A DNA stretch of 64,000 nucleotides from Candidatus Woesebacteria bacterium GW2011_GWB1_33_22 (GCA_000989765.1 LBOW01000001.1:118538-182537), one strand, 5' to 3'; positions 10,269 through 20,820 are shown, counted from the stretch's first letter. Numbers and translations: made by a program. The notes: a model not told the origin generated them from the letters alone.

Positions 10269-10810
10269 GACCACGAATTTATTCTTCAGAGGGAATTATC
10301 TTAAAAAGAAAAAATTATGGTGAGGCAGATAGAATTTTAACTGTATTTTCAAAGCATTTTGGTAAAAACACATTTCTAGCTAAAGGTGTAAGAAAATTGG
10401 CATCAAAAAAAAGAGGACATTTAGAAATATTTACACAAATTAAATTTTCAGCCGTGACAGGTAAAGGGTTTGATATTTTGACTGAAACCATAAGTATTAA
10501 TAACTTCAGTAAAGTAAGGCTAAGTTTAAATAAAGTTTCACTTGCATACTATTTTTGTGAAGTTGTAAACAAAATAACCAGGGAGGGAGAGAAACAGTCA
10601 ATAGTCTATGGTCTACTGTCCACGGCCCTTGAACAGTTAAGTACTGCAAAAAATTTAAAAATACTTCGAAAACAATTTATTTTAGATTTATTAATTGATC
10701 TAGGCTTTTGGCCTGAAAGCAGAAAAATGATTGACCATGATATTGAATTAGAGGAAGTTTTGGAGAGACAAATATACTCTGTCAGAGTTGGTAAAAAAGT
10801 ATTAGAATAA
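10265..10810 (+). CDS. recO: DNA repair protein RecO
   Basis: EGIILKRKNYGEADRIL...AKGVRK N-terminus; GTG start. Confidence 0.85.
   Translation: MRPRIYSSEGIILKRKNYGEADRILTVFSKHFGKNTFLAKGVRKLASKKRGHLEIFTQIKFSAVTGKGFDILTETISINNFSKVRLSLNKVSLAYYFCEVVNKITREGEKQSIVYGLLSTALEQLSTAKNLKILRKQFILDLLIDLGFWPESRKMIDHDIELEEVLERQIYSVRVGKKVLE
10595..10625 (+). repeat. 7-bp tandem array (YNGTCTA family) in recO
   Basis: CAGTCAA TAGTCTA TGGTCTA CTGTCCA CGG. Confidence 0.65.
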
Positions 10811-10815
10811 CAACT

Positions 10816-12075
10816 ATGGATTTGATGGAAAAGATTACAGCCCTAGCGAAGAGAAGGGGATTTATATTTCAGTCTTCTGAAATATACGGAGGTTATCAGG
10901 GCTTTTGGGATTATGGGCCAGTTGGTGTTGAGTTAAAGAAAAATATTAAGAATGAATGGTGGAAAACCATGGTTTATGGAAGGGAAGATGTTGTAGGTGT
11001 TGATGCTTCAATTATAATGAATCCAATTGTTTGGGAAAAATCAGGACATTTGAAAGCTTTTACCGACCCGTTGGTTGAATGCAAGATTTGTCATAAAAGG
11101 TTTAGAGAGGACCAAAAAGATATTCATGAACATAATAATTGGACTGAGAGCAAAACCTTTAACTTAATGACGGAAGTTTTATTGGGTACAATTGAACCAA
11201 AAGAAAAGTCTTATTTAAGGGGAGAAATAACCCAAGGTGTTTTTGTTAATTTTAAAAATGTGGTTGACTCTACGAGAGTTAAAATACCTTTTGGTATAGC
11301 ACAGATTGGTAAAGCATTTAGAAACGAAGTAACTCCAGGGAACTTTACATTTAGGTCAAAAGAGTTTGAACAAATGGAACTTGAATATTTTGTTAAACCT
11401 AATGAGAAAGAAAGCAAAAAAACATTTGAAGATTTTAAAGAGATAAGAATTAACTGGTATAAAAATTTAGGCATGAATCCAAAAAAGTTGCATTTTAAGG
11501 ACCACGAACCTGAAAAAAGAGCCCATTATGCAAAATATGCAACAGACATTGAATACGAAGCACCGTTTGGTTGGAGTGAAATGGAAGGAATACACCATAG
11601 GGGAGACTATGATCTAAGTAATCACAACTTGAAATACAAAGATAATTTAAACAATGAAGAATATACCCCATGGGTTATTGAGACATCAGGAGGTGTGGAC
11701 AGAGCTACACTCTTCTTTTTAATTGATGCTTTCACCGAAGGTGTTGACGGTAGAGTGGTACTAAAACTTAATCCTAAAATTGCCCCTTACAAAGTGGCAG
11801 TTTTCCCACTTCTGGCAAATAAGCCTGAGTTAGTAGAAAGAGCTAGATCTGTCTATAGTCTATTGTCTACGGTCTACAGTTGCGCGTGGGATGATAGAGG
11901 AAACATCGGCAAACGTTACTTTGCTCAAGATGAAATAGGTACTCCTTGGTGTGTCACTGTTGATTTTGACTCACTTAAGGACGATTCTGTAACAGTTAGA
12001 GATAGAGATACTGGAAAACAGGAAAGAATTACGGTCGTCAAATTACAAAGCTATTTTGAAGACAAGTTTCAATGA
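10816..12075 (+). CDS. glyQS: glycyl-tRNA synthetase (alpha2 type)
   Basis: KRRGFIF.SSEIYGG, IAQIGKAFRNE, IGKRY..QDEIGTP. Confidence 0.95.
   Translation: MDLMEKITALAKRRGFIFQSSEIYGGYQGFWDYGPVGVELKKNIKNEWWKTMVYGREDVVGVDASIIMNPIVWEKSGHLKAFTDPLVECKICHKRFREDQKDIHEHNNWTESKTFNLMTEVLLGTIEPKEKSYLRGEITQGVFVNFKNVVDSTRVKIPFGIAQIGKAFRNEVTPGNFTFRSKEFEQMELEYFVKPNEKESKKTFEDFKEIRINWYKNLGMNPKKLHFKDHEPEKRAHYAKYATDIEYEAPFGWSEMEGIHHRGDYDLSNHNLKYKDNLNNEEYTPWVIETSGGVDRATLFFLIDAFTEGVDGRVVLKLNPKIAPYKVAVFPLLANKPELVERARSVYSLLSTVYSCAWDDRGNIGKRYFAQDEIGTPWCVTVDFDSLKDDSVTVRDRDTGKQERITVVKLQSYFEDKFQ
11849..11880 (+). repeat. 7-bp tandem array (YNGTCTA family) in glyQS
   Basis: CTGTCTA TAGTCTA TTGTCTA CGGTCTA CAGT. Confidence 0.8.
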
Positions 12076-12581
12076 TTAATCAAAAACCTTTTGTTCATAA
12101 ATTAGTTATCTGTGCAAATGTTTTCGTTAGAAAAGATGGTAAGTATCTTTTGATGAAAAGATCTCCAGAAAAAAAATATGCACCAAATAAGATCCATCCC
12201 TTTGGTGGAAAAATAGACAAGGATGAAAATCCTTATGTTGGGGCTGTTAGAGAAATTAAAGAAGAAATTGGAATTGATATAAAGAATTTGAAACTCGAAG
12301 CTGTTATTTTGGAAAAAACGGATGAAAAAGATTTACCAGTAAATTGGTTAGTTTTTTATTTTTCTGCAGATTATGACAAAGGCGAAGTTAAAATTAATGA
12401 AGAAGGAGAAGCAGTATATTTAACCGAAAATGAAATAAAAAATTCTGATCAGTTCCCTTCAGTCAAAAGTATTCTTGACCATATTTTAAATCCCAATGAT
12501 GGTACTGTATTTACTACAAATAGTTACAAGGGATTTGAAAGTGGGATGCAAGAAATTTCAAAAAATGTCTGTATTGTATAA
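12072..12581 (+). CDS. NUDIX hydrolase
   Basis: GGKIDKDENPYVGAVREIKEEIG Nudix box. Confidence 0.9.
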   Translation: MINQKPFVHKLVICANVFVRKDGKYLLMKRSPEKKYAPNKIHPFGGKIDKDENPYVGAVREIKEEIGIDIKNLKLEAVILEKTDEKDLPVNWLVFYFSADYDKGEVKINEEGEAVYLTENEIKNSDQFPSVKSILDHILNPNDGTVFTTNSYKGFESGMQEISKNVCIV

Positions 12582-12639
12582 ACCTGTAACTTTATTTTAA
12601 GTATTGACATAATATTGAAAATAATTGCACAATGAATAA

Positions 12640-13317
12640 GTGAAAAAATATCTTCCATTTATTTTTCTAGGTGTTGGGATTTTAATATTAGTTTTGGTTT
12701 TTGTTTTTATTAGAAGTAAAAAATCTGCTGATGTGACAGATGATAATGGAACACTTGTAGAACTAGCTTTTTCAGATAGACCATTTGCTTCTCTTACTCC
12801 AACCACAGATGGGCATTACTTAAATTTAAAGATTGAAAAGATAAAGGTGCCTAAGGCTACCTCAATGGATTATGAGCTTCTTTATTCACTACCTGATGGT
12901 AGGGCGCAAGGTGTACCTGGTACCGCAGATCTTAAAAATCAAAGCACATTTGAAAGAAAACTTCTTATGGGGTCAGAATCAAATGGTAAATTTAGATACG
13001 ATGAAGGGGTTGAAGAAGGTGCTTTAACAATCAGGTTTAGAGATTCAAAGGGAAAACTTCTTGCTAAATTTTCTACCAAGTTTCATCTACAATCTAATGT
13101 AACAGAGTTAACTTCAATTGATACAAACTTTACTTATGTCTTAGACAAAAAACCAAAAGGAATTTTCTTTATTACCATGGAAACCTTTGGCTTGCCTAGC
13201 GAAGCTTCTGTTTCAGAAGCGAAGGGGGGACCATATGGCGTCTTTGCCTCGGACATTCTACCTTCAGGTTCCGCCTCAGGCTGGCAAAATACTGCTTCAA
13301 ATATCTTCTATAAATAG
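12640..13317 (+). CDS. hypothetical membrane-anchored protein
   Basis: 225 aa, N-terminal TM; TTGACA at 12604 upstream. Confidence 0.6.
   Translation: MKKYLPFIFLGVGILILVLVFVFIRSKKSADVTDDNGTLVELAFSDRPFASLTPTTDGHYLNLKIEKIKVPKATSMDYELLYSLPDGRAQGVPGTADLKNQSTFERKLLMGSESNGKFRYDEGVEEGALTIRFRDSKGKLLAKFSTKFHLQSNVTELTSIDTNFTYVLDKKPKGIFFITMETFGLPSEASVSEAKGGPYGVFASDILPSGSASGWQNTASNIFYK
13195..13229. repeat. imperfect GC-rich hairpin within CDS (PSEASVSEAKG)
   Basis: GCTTCTG-TTT-CAGAAGC core (13204-13220) bracketed by two AGCGAAG. Confidence 0.5.
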
Positions 13318-13363
13318 CTAATTCAAAAAAGTCTTATGATCTTTCGCTTGTGAAATTGGGTAC

Positions 13364-13414
13364 TTGACAAGGCGTGAAAGAAATATCAAAATGGATAGTA
13401 ATGGTGAAAGATGG
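13364..13414 (+). promoter_or_regulatory. mraZ promoter with putative MraZ-binding direct repeats
   Basis: TTGACA 13364, 17 bp, CAAAAT 13387; ATGG at 13391, 13401, 13411 (10-bp period). Confidence 0.6.
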
Positions 13415-13455
13415 AAATTCTTTTAACCTTTAGTACTGCCCGATACTAAAAATAT

Positions 13456-13887
13456 ATGTTACTTGGAAATTATCAGGCCGTACTAAGCGATTCACGAAGA
13501 GTCGCAGTACCTAAAAAATTTATGAGAGAACTAGGTGAAAACCTAGTTTTGGCTATGTGGTATGAAGATTGTCTGATATTGGTTAGAGATAATTTTTGGG
13601 AAACATTATCAAAAGACTTAGTTGGAGACAGTCGAAAAGGTTGGGGAGTCAGAGATCTGGAAAGATTTATATTAGGCTCGGCCTTTGAAGTAACGCTTGA
13701 TGATCAGGGAAGAATTATTATCCCTGAAACCTTAGCCGAGTATGCCAAATTAGACAAAAACCTATGTTTTTTGGGATTAATTGATAGAGTTGAGATTTGG
13801 CCAAAAGAGATTTGGGATAAAAAAGCTAAGGAATTATCAGTGACAACAAAAGAATATATTGAAGAATTAGTCAAAAATGCAAAATAA
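13456..13887 (+). CDS. mraZ: transcriptional regulator MraZ
   Basis: LDDQGRIIIP, GLIDRVEIW; first gene of the dcw cluster. Confidence 0.9.
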   Translation: MLLGNYQAVLSDSRRVAVPKKFMRELGENLVLAMWYEDCLILVRDNFWETLSKDLVGDSRKGWGVRDLERFILGSAFEVTLDDQGRIIIPETLAEYAKLDKNLCFLGLIDRVEIWPKEIWDKKAKELSVTTKEYIEELVKNAK

Positions 13888-14695
13888 CTGGCACGAATCC
13901 GTAATGATTGAGGAGGTAATTAAAGAAATGCCAAAAGGCAAAGTTATTGACTGTACTTTAGGAACTGGGGGGCACACAGAAGCGCTATTGAAAAAAGGCT
14001 GTGAAGTCCTAGCAATTGAAGTAGATCCGAAGATTTTGGAAATTGCAAAAAAACGCCTTGGTAATAAAGCAAAGCTGGTTTTAGGTAATTTTAGTGAGCT
14101 AGATAAAATTGCAAAAGAAAATAGTTTTGACAAAGTTGACGGAATTTTGTTTGATTTAGGAGTATCGAATTTGCACCTTAAAGAAGATAGTCGAGGATTT
14201 TCATTTACAGAAAGTGAGCAGGAACTTGATATGAGGTTAAACCCTGAAAATCAAGGAGTAAAAGCAATGGACCTTTTAAACGCCTTAAATGTGGGACAAC
14301 TTACTAATCTCTTTGGAAAAGTTATGAATAGGGATTTGTCAAGAAAATGGGCTAACGAAGTGCTTTTTAATCGCCCATTTAAGACCGTTGCTGATTTGAA
14401 AAAAACAGCTTTTAATATGCCACATAAAAAAAGTCTTGATTCAGCAACTCTACCCATGCTTGCCTTGAGGATTGCAGTAAATAGCGAATATGAAAATCTA
14501 GAAACGGCATTACCAAAAGCTTTTTCGCTTCTTAAGCGCAAAGGAAAGCTTTTAGTAATTACTTTTCATTCTGGTGAAGAAAGGATTTTGGAAGATGTGG
14601 TGGGTAGGGGTTTTATTATTTACCCATCTGAAGAAGAAATTAGAAGTAATCCAAGATCTCGCAGTGCAAAGTTACATATATATGACAAAAATTAA
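13877..14695 (+). CDS. rsmH: 16S rRNA m4C1402 methyltransferase
   Basis: DCTLGTGGH, DLGVS, LDMR, NPRSRSAKL. Confidence 0.95.
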   Translation: MQNNWHESVMIEEVIKEMPKGKVIDCTLGTGGHTEALLKKGCEVLAIEVDPKILEIAKKRLGNKAKLVLGNFSELDKIAKENSFDKVDGILFDLGVSNLHLKEDSRGFSFTESEQELDMRLNPENQGVKAMDLLNALNVGQLTNLFGKVMNRDLSRKWANEVLFNRPFKTVADLKKTAFNMPHKKSLDSATLPMLALRIAVNSEYENLETALPKAFSLLKRKGKLLVITFHSGEERILEDVVGRGFIIYPSEEEIRSNPRSRSAKLHIYDKN

Positions 14696-14963
14696 TAAAA
14701 TAACATGGATAGCTAACTTAAGTTTATTTATGGTTGTTGTTTTTATGGGTATCAAACAGACAGAAAGAGGGATTGAAATCGCTAAACTTGAGGACGGTTT
14801 AGAACAGCTGATTTTGTCGAAACAACAGTTAACAGATGTAATTTTTGCTAGCAACAAAAGCTTGGACAACGAAGAGAATTTGCTATCCTTGGGATTTATC
14901 AAACCTACAACTGTTTATTATTTTAATACAGAAGATAGTTTTGCAAAGCTTCCTGTAAGATAA
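14682..14963 (+). CDS. FtsL-like cell division protein (positional)
   Basis: TM plus coiled coil between rsmH and PBP; start reassigned to ATG 14682. Confidence 0.55.
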   Translation: MTKINKITWIANLSLFMVVVFMGIKQTERGIEIAKLEDGLEQLILSKQQLTDVIFASNKSLDNEENLLSLGFIKPTTVYYFNTEDSFAKLPVR

Positions 14964-14972
14964 AATCACAAA

Positions 14973-16646
14973 ATGAGACTAAGGATAGTGATCGGAATTT
15001 TCATCTTAATGTTTATGGGTTTAATTGTGAGACTTTTCTATTGGCAGATTATAAAAGGAGAAACACTTTCCAAAGAAGCTGGTTTACAATATAAAGATTC
15101 AACAAAAGTCAAATCCTCAAGAGGAAGTATTTTAGCTAAAGATAATACATGGTTAGCAACACAACGTCCAAATTGGCTTTTGTTTGCTGAAAAACCAAAA
15201 TTAAAAAATCTAAAAATTGTTGCCAACTCCTTAGCACCAATTTTGGAGACCGAAAGTGAGGATTTATATACAATTATTACTAGACCAGAAGTTGTTTGGA
15301 TTCCAATTAAACATAAAATTACAGGTGAACAAAAAAGACAAATTGAGGAATTAAAAATAGAAGGTTTAGGTTTTGAACCAGAAGAAACAAGATTTTATCC
15401 AGAAGGATCGGCTTCTGCCCAACTCTTGGGGTTTGTCGGAAAAAACGAAGAGGGATATGATACTGGTTATTTTGGTCTTGAGGGATATTATGATATATCC
15501 TTAAAAGGTAAATCTGGTTTTGTTGAAAGAGAAAAAGATTTAAAGGGTGCTCCACTTTTATCCGGTAGTATGTCTGAAATTTCTTCAATTCCTGGAGCAA
15601 ATTTAATTACTTTTATAGACAAGAGAATAAATAGTATTGTAGATACTAAATTAAAGGAGGGAATTGAAAAATATGGAGCAAAAGAGGGCTCAGTTATAAT
15701 AATGAACCCTAAAAATGGTGCAATTCTGGCAATGAGTTCTTATCCATCCTACGATCCTACAAAATATAATGAATATGATGAGAAATTATATAAAAATCCT
15801 GCAATTTCAGATACTTTTGAACCCGGTTCAGTTTTTAAAGTCATGGTTATGGCAGCAGGAATTGACGCAGGTGCTGTAACTCCTGACACAATTTGTGATA
15901 TTTGTGAGGGACCACTAAAGGTAGATAAATACTTAATTGAGACTTGGAATCGAAAATATTTTAAAGATTCTACAATGACTGATGTCGTTGTTCATTCGGA
16001 CAATGTGGGTATGAGTTTTGTTGCACAAAAACTAGGAGCGGATAAACTATATGATTATCTTGATAAATTTGGCATTGGAAAATTATCAGGCATCGATTTA
16101 CAGGGTGAATCAAATATATCGATGAGAAAGAAAGGAACTTGGAATATTGTTGATTTGGCAACTTCCTCGTTTGGACAAGGGATTTCGACTACCCCAATTC
16201 AAATAATAAGAGCCGTTGCGGCAATTGCTAATGATGGCATATTGACTATTCCGAAAGTGGTTGAAAAAGTTGAACTTGATGGTTGGAGTGAGAAGTTAAA
16301 CGAAGGAGGGAAGTTAAGGGTGATATCTAAAGATACAGCAGAAAAAATGACCAAGATTATGGTGCAAGCTGCCAGGCACGGTGAAGCACAGTGGACCAAT
16401 CTTAAAGGTTTTAGCGTTGCGGGTAAAACTGGAACAGCTCAGATACCAATTTCTGGTCACTATGATGCTGAAAAAACGATAGCTAGTTTTGTGGGTTTTG
16501 CACCGGCTAATAATCCAAAATTTATTATGTTAGTTACATTAAAAGAACCACAAAGCAGTGAGTGGGCGTCGGAAACTGCTGCCCCCCTTTGGTATTCAAT
16601 TGCGAAAGATTTATTTATCATTTTTGGCATTCAGCCAGATAATTAG
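14973..16646 (+). CDS. ftsI: class B penicillin-binding protein (FtsI-like)
   Basis: SVFK, SDN and KTG transpeptidase motifs; dcw position. Confidence 0.85.
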   Translation: MRLRIVIGIFILMFMGLIVRLFYWQIIKGETLSKEAGLQYKDSTKVKSSRGSILAKDNTWLATQRPNWLLFAEKPKLKNLKIVANSLAPILETESEDLYTIITRPEVVWIPIKHKITGEQKRQIEELKIEGLGFEPEETRFYPEGSASAQLLGFVGKNEEGYDTGYFGLEGYYDISLKGKSGFVEREKDLKGAPLLSGSMSEISSIPGANLITFIDKRINSIVDTKLKEGIEKYGAKEGSVIIMNPKNGAILAMSSYPSYDPTKYNEYDEKLYKNPAISDTFEPGSVFKVMVMAAGIDAGAVTPDTICDICEGPLKVDKYLIETWNRKYFKDSTMTDVVVHSDNVGMSFVAQKLGADKLYDYLDKFGIGKLSGIDLQGESNISMRKKGTWNIVDLATSSFGQGISTTPIQIIRAVAAIANDGILTIPKVVEKVELDGWSEKLNEGGKLRVISKDTAEKMTKIMVQAARHGEAQWTNLKGFSVAGKTGTAQIPISGHYDAEKTIASFVGFAPANNPKFIMLVTLKEPQSSEWASETAAPLWYSIAKDLFIIFGIQPDN

Positions 16647-16667
16647 GTATAATACAAAACATAAGTT

Positions 16668-17918
16668 ATGGCTAAGTTTTTAATAACAGGCGGAAAGAAA
16701 CTTGAAGGAGAAATTGACATTTTTGGTAACAAAAATTCTGCCTTAAAACTTATCCCAGCAGTTCTTGTATCTGCCTCAAAATCGATTCTTACCAATGTTC
16801 CAAACATCTCAGATGTTAGAGTTTTAATCGAAATAATAGAAAAATTAGGTGCTAAAACAAGCTTTAAAGATAATGTACTAGAGATTGATGCAACAACTTT
16901 GAATTCATATGAGCCTGATCCAGATTTGTGTTCAAAGATTAGGGCTTCAGTAGTTCTTGCAGCCCCTCTTCTTGTGAGGTTTGGTAAGGCCGTATTAACC
17001 CCGCCCGGCGGTGACCAGATTGGGGATAGGCTTCTTGATACTCATTTCTCAATGATGCAAAAGCTTGGAGCAAACTTCAGACGGGAAAATGGTAAATTTT
17101 ATCTCACATGGGATAAAAAAATTGGTGGAAAGATATTTTTAGAAGAAGCCTCAGTCACTGCTACAGAAATGGGGATTATTATGGCCTCATCAATGAACGA
17201 AGAAGTAACAATTGAAGATGCAGCTGCCGAACCACATGTCGGTAATTTGATAGATTTACTTGTCAAAATGGGAGCAAAAATTATTGGTCGTGGTACAAAT
17301 ACCTTAACTGTTTCGGGAGGAAAACTTAATGGAGTTGAGCATAAAGTTATGGCTGATCATATTGAAGGTGGAACCTTTGCTATTGCCTCTGCAATTACTG
17401 GAGGGAAAATTAAGATCAATAATTTTGAAGTTGAAAACTACCACATGATTCTAAATTATTTAGGAAATATGGGAGTTAGTTATAAAATTGAAAAGAACAG
17501 TTTAATTGTATTACCTTCAAAACTTATTGCTTCAAGAAGAAAATTTCAAACCAGACCTTGGCCAGGTTTTCCAACAGACTTGATGAGTCCATTTATAGTT
17601 CTTGCAACACAAACCGCAGGAACAGTTCTTTGCCATGATTGGATGTACGAATGGAGGATGTTTTTTGTCGATGACCTTATAGGAATGGGTGCTAACATTT
17701 TTATTGCAGATCCACATAGAGTAATAATTTCAGGTCCAACAAAACTAATGGCAGATAGACTTTTTTGTAAAGATATAAGGGCGGGAATATCAGTTATTTT
17801 GGCTGCATTGGCAGCAGAAGGAACTAGTACTATTGAAAATGTCGAAGTTGTAGATAGAGGTTATCAAAATATAGAAGATAGGTTGAGAACATTGGGTGCT
17901 TCTATTGTAAAACAATGA
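16668..17918 (+). CDS. murA: UDP-GlcNAc 1-carboxyvinyltransferase
   Basis: GNKNSAL, RASV, PGGDQIG, SVTATE, PGFPTD, DIRAG. Confidence 0.95.
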   Translation: MAKFLITGGKKLEGEIDIFGNKNSALKLIPAVLVSASKSILTNVPNISDVRVLIEIIEKLGAKTSFKDNVLEIDATTLNSYEPDPDLCSKIRASVVLAAPLLVRFGKAVLTPPGGDQIGDRLLDTHFSMMQKLGANFRRENGKFYLTWDKKIGGKIFLEEASVTATEMGIIMASSMNEEVTIEDAAAEPHVGNLIDLLVKMGAKIIGRGTNTLTVSGGKLNGVEHKVMADHIEGGTFAIASAITGGKIKINNFEVENYHMILNYLGNMGVSYKIEKNSLIVLPSKLIASRRKFQTRPWPGFPTDLMSPFIVLATQTAGTVLCHDWMYEWRMFFVDDLIGMGANIFIADPHRVIISGPTKLMADRLFCKDIRAGISVILAALAAEGTSTIENVEVVDRGYQNIEDRLRTLGASIVKQ

Positions 17919-19819
17919 TTCAATTTGATTCAAGAAAAGTTAAAAAGGGCGACACCTTTGTAGCTATAAAGGGTTTGACTCATGACGGAAATGATTTTAT
18001 TCAAGATGCAATCAAAAACGGGGCCATCAAAGTATATAAAAATAGTAATTATGAAGAACTGGGGAAATTAGTTAAAGATTATTACAAGGATCCAAGTAGT
18101 AAATTAAAAATAATAGGTGTTACTGGAACAAAAGGTAAAACCACAACTTGTCATTTGATTCACCATATTTTGTTGGAAAGTGGCAAAAAGACAGGTTTAA
18201 TTTCATCGATTACTACTGATGGTTTTCATACAACTACACCCGATGTCATTTCGCTAAATCAAGAACTTTCTAATATGCTCAAAAAAGGTTATGAATATGT
18301 TGTTTTGGAAGTCAGTTCTCATGGAATAGATCAAGGTAGAATTGCTGGAATTAAATTTGATATTTCTGTTTTGACAAACATCCATCCTGAACACTTAGAC
18401 TACCATAAAACATTTGAAGAATATAAAAGAGTTAAAATGATGTTTATAAATTCGGCTAAATTTAGAGTATTTAGTCCGTCTTCTAGTAAGTTAAAGATTC
18501 TTCAGGGGGAATTTAATAATATAAATGCAGAAACAGCTGTTGAAGTAGCAATGGAATTAGGAATTAGTAAAGAGAAGGCTCTAAAATCACTTAAGACATT
18601 TAAATTACCTAGTGGTAGGTTAGAAGAAATTGATACTCACAGGGATTTTAGGGTATTTGTAGATTTTGCTCATACTCCAGATTCTTTGGAAGCTGTACTT
18701 AAATATTTAAGAACTATTACAAAAAATAGATTAATTTCTGTTTTTGGTTGTGCGGGAGAAAGAGATCCAAAAAAAAGATCAAAAATGGGAAAAATTTCAA
18801 CTGAAATTGCAGACCTTTCTATTTTTACTGCAGAAGATACTAGAACAGAATCTATTTTTGATATTCTAAAACAGATGCGATCAAAGGCTATTAAAAATAA
18901 ATTTATCTGTATTCCTGAAAGAGGAGAGGCGATTGCTCACGCGTTATCAATTGCTAAAAAAGGTGATATCGTTGGTGTCTTTGGAAAGGGGCATGAGAAA
19001 TCAATGTGTTACTTAAATTTTGAACACTCTTGGAATGATCAAAAATTTATTAAAAATTTATTATTAGGTTATAAGGATTTATCAGGAATTATCTTAGCTG
19101 CAGGTAAGGGAACTAGAATGAAATCTAATTTACCTAAGGTGATTCACACAATTTGTGGTAGACCAATGATTTCATATTCATTGGAAAATTTGAGAAATAC
19201 TGGTATTGTAAATTTATTACCCGTTATTGGATATAAGAGACATTTAGTTCTTCGAGAAATATCAAGAAATATTGACTTTGTTGTACAAATAAAAACATCT
19301 GGCACGGGAGATGCAGTTAAAATAGCTCTAACTAAAATTAATCCAAAGATGAAAAATATTTTAGTAATAAATGGTGATGATAGTGCTTTTTACAAACCAG
19401 AAACGATTAAAAATGTTATAGAAACACACATTAATAGTAAAGCTGTGATAACTTTTGTTAGCTTGATTCAAGGAAATCCTAAAGGTCTAGGAAGGGTAGT
19501 AAGAAACAAGCATGGCCAGTTTAAAGCAATAATAGAAGAAAAAGATGCAAGTGAAGAGGTAAGAAAAATAAAAGAAGTAAACGATGGACTTTACATATTT
19601 AATCAAGTTTGGCTTAGGAAAAATATTTTAAAGTTAACAAAAAGCCCTATTAGTAAAGAATATTATTTAACAGATCTTTTAAAAATTGCAGTTGATAAAT
19701 CTGAGAAAATATCAATTTATAAACTTCCAGACTCAAGTGAGTGGCAGGGAATTAATACCCCAGAACAGCTTCAAGAAGCAGAAGAAAAAATGAAAAAAAG
19801 ATTAAATGAAAAAATATAA
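17915..19819 (+). CDS. murE: MurE-type ligase fused to GlmU-like uridyltransferase domain
   Basis: GTKGKTT, DFAHTPD, FGCAGERD, GKGHE; from ~19075 LAAGKGTRMKS.LPKV, GTGDAV, EYYLTD, GINT. Confidence 0.85.
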   Translation: MIQFDSRKVKKGDTFVAIKGLTHDGNDFIQDAIKNGAIKVYKNSNYEELGKLVKDYYKDPSSKLKIIGVTGTKGKTTTCHLIHHILLESGKKTGLISSITTDGFHTTTPDVISLNQELSNMLKKGYEYVVLEVSSHGIDQGRIAGIKFDISVLTNIHPEHLDYHKTFEEYKRVKMMFINSAKFRVFSPSSSKLKILQGEFNNINAETAVEVAMELGISKEKALKSLKTFKLPSGRLEEIDTHRDFRVFVDFAHTPDSLEAVLKYLRTITKNRLISVFGCAGERDPKKRSKMGKISTEIADLSIFTAEDTRTESIFDILKQMRSKAIKNKFICIPERGEAIAHALSIAKKGDIVGVFGKGHEKSMCYLNFEHSWNDQKFIKNLLLGYKDLSGIILAAGKGTRMKSNLPKVIHTICGRPMISYSLENLRNTGIVNLLPVIGYKRHLVLREISRNIDFVVQIKTSGTGDAVKIALTKINPKMKNILVINGDDSAFYKPETIKNVIETHINSKAVITFVSLIQGNPKGLGRVVRNKHGQFKAIIEEKDASEEVRKIKEVNDGLYIFNQVWLRKNILKLTKSPISKEYYLTDLLKIAVDKSEKISIYKLPDSSEWQGINTPEQLQEAEEKMKKRLNEKI

Positions 19820-20807
19820 TCAAAAAGTAGTTACATTTGGAGGAGGAACTGGTCAATTCCACCTACTATCAGGCCTTCGTGAATTAAACAAAAACTTATT
19901 TATTACGGCAGTAGCTGGAACATGGGATTCTGGCGGTAGTTCTGGCCGTTTAAGAGCAGAAATTGGCGTTTTACCACCTGGGGATATAAGGCGTTGTTTA
20001 TTGGCTTTAATGCCTAATGAAAAACAAAGAATGGTAGCCCAAAGGCTCTTTGATGACAGATTGGAAGATATGACAGGGCCGCTTAAAGGTCATTCCTTCG
20101 GTAATCTTTTAACTGCTCGTCTTGAAAATATCTACAAAGGACAAGATAGGGGAATTGACGCTGAACGGGAACTTTTTGGAGTAGAGGCAAAAGTAATGCC
20201 TATTAGTATTACCAATTTAGAGCTGATTGCTGAAACGTCAAAAGGAAATAAAATAATTGGAGAAACAAATATTGATTTGCGAATTAAAGATAAAAATTAC
20301 GATACTGAAGATAAAATAGTCAGAATTTATTTTGATACTAGGGCTGATATAAATTCAAATGTTTTAACTGAAATTCGAAATGCAGATAAAATCATTTTTT
20401 CATCTGGAGACCTTTATACAAGTATACTTCCTCACTTACTTGTTAATGGAGTAAAAGAAGCAATAGTTAGCTCTAAGGCAAAATTAATTTATGTATTAAA
20501 TTTGGCCACGAAACCTGGTGAAACCGACCACTACAAAGCCTCAGATTTTTTAAAAGCATTTCTTTTTTACCTTGATACACCAAAAAGACTTGATTATTTA
20601 GTTGTAAACAGTAATCACCTGGATTCTGAGATATTAGATATTTATAAAGGAGAGGGTCAGAATTTAGTTGAAGTTGATAGTTCTAAAATAAGACAAATTG
20701 AACCGAGGTTAAAAATTGTTAGAAAATCAATTTCAATTTATTTCAAAAAGGACCACTTGCTTCGCCATGACTCAATAAAACTAGCCAAAGCAATTCTTAA
20801 AATTTAG
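19806..20807 (+). CDS. yvcK: YvcK/GlmR family UDP-GlcNAc-binding protein
   Basis: GGGTG, DSGGSSGRLR, PPGDIR, GHSFGNL, GDLYTSILP, RHD. Confidence 0.9.
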   Translation: MKKYNQKVVTFGGGTGQFHLLSGLRELNKNLFITAVAGTWDSGGSSGRLRAEIGVLPPGDIRRCLLALMPNEKQRMVAQRLFDDRLEDMTGPLKGHSFGNLLTARLENIYKGQDRGIDAERELFGVEAKVMPISITNLELIAETSKGNKIIGETNIDLRIKDKNYDTEDKIVRIYFDTRADINSNVLTEIRNADKIIFSSGDLYTSILPHLLVNGVKEAIVSSKAKLIYVLNLATKPGETDHYKASDFLKAFLFYLDTPKRLDYLVVNSNHLDSEILDIYKGEGQNLVEVDSSKIRQIEPRLKIVRKSISIYFKKDHLLRHDSIKLAKAILKI

Positions 20808-20820
20808 TAGTATTAAAATT

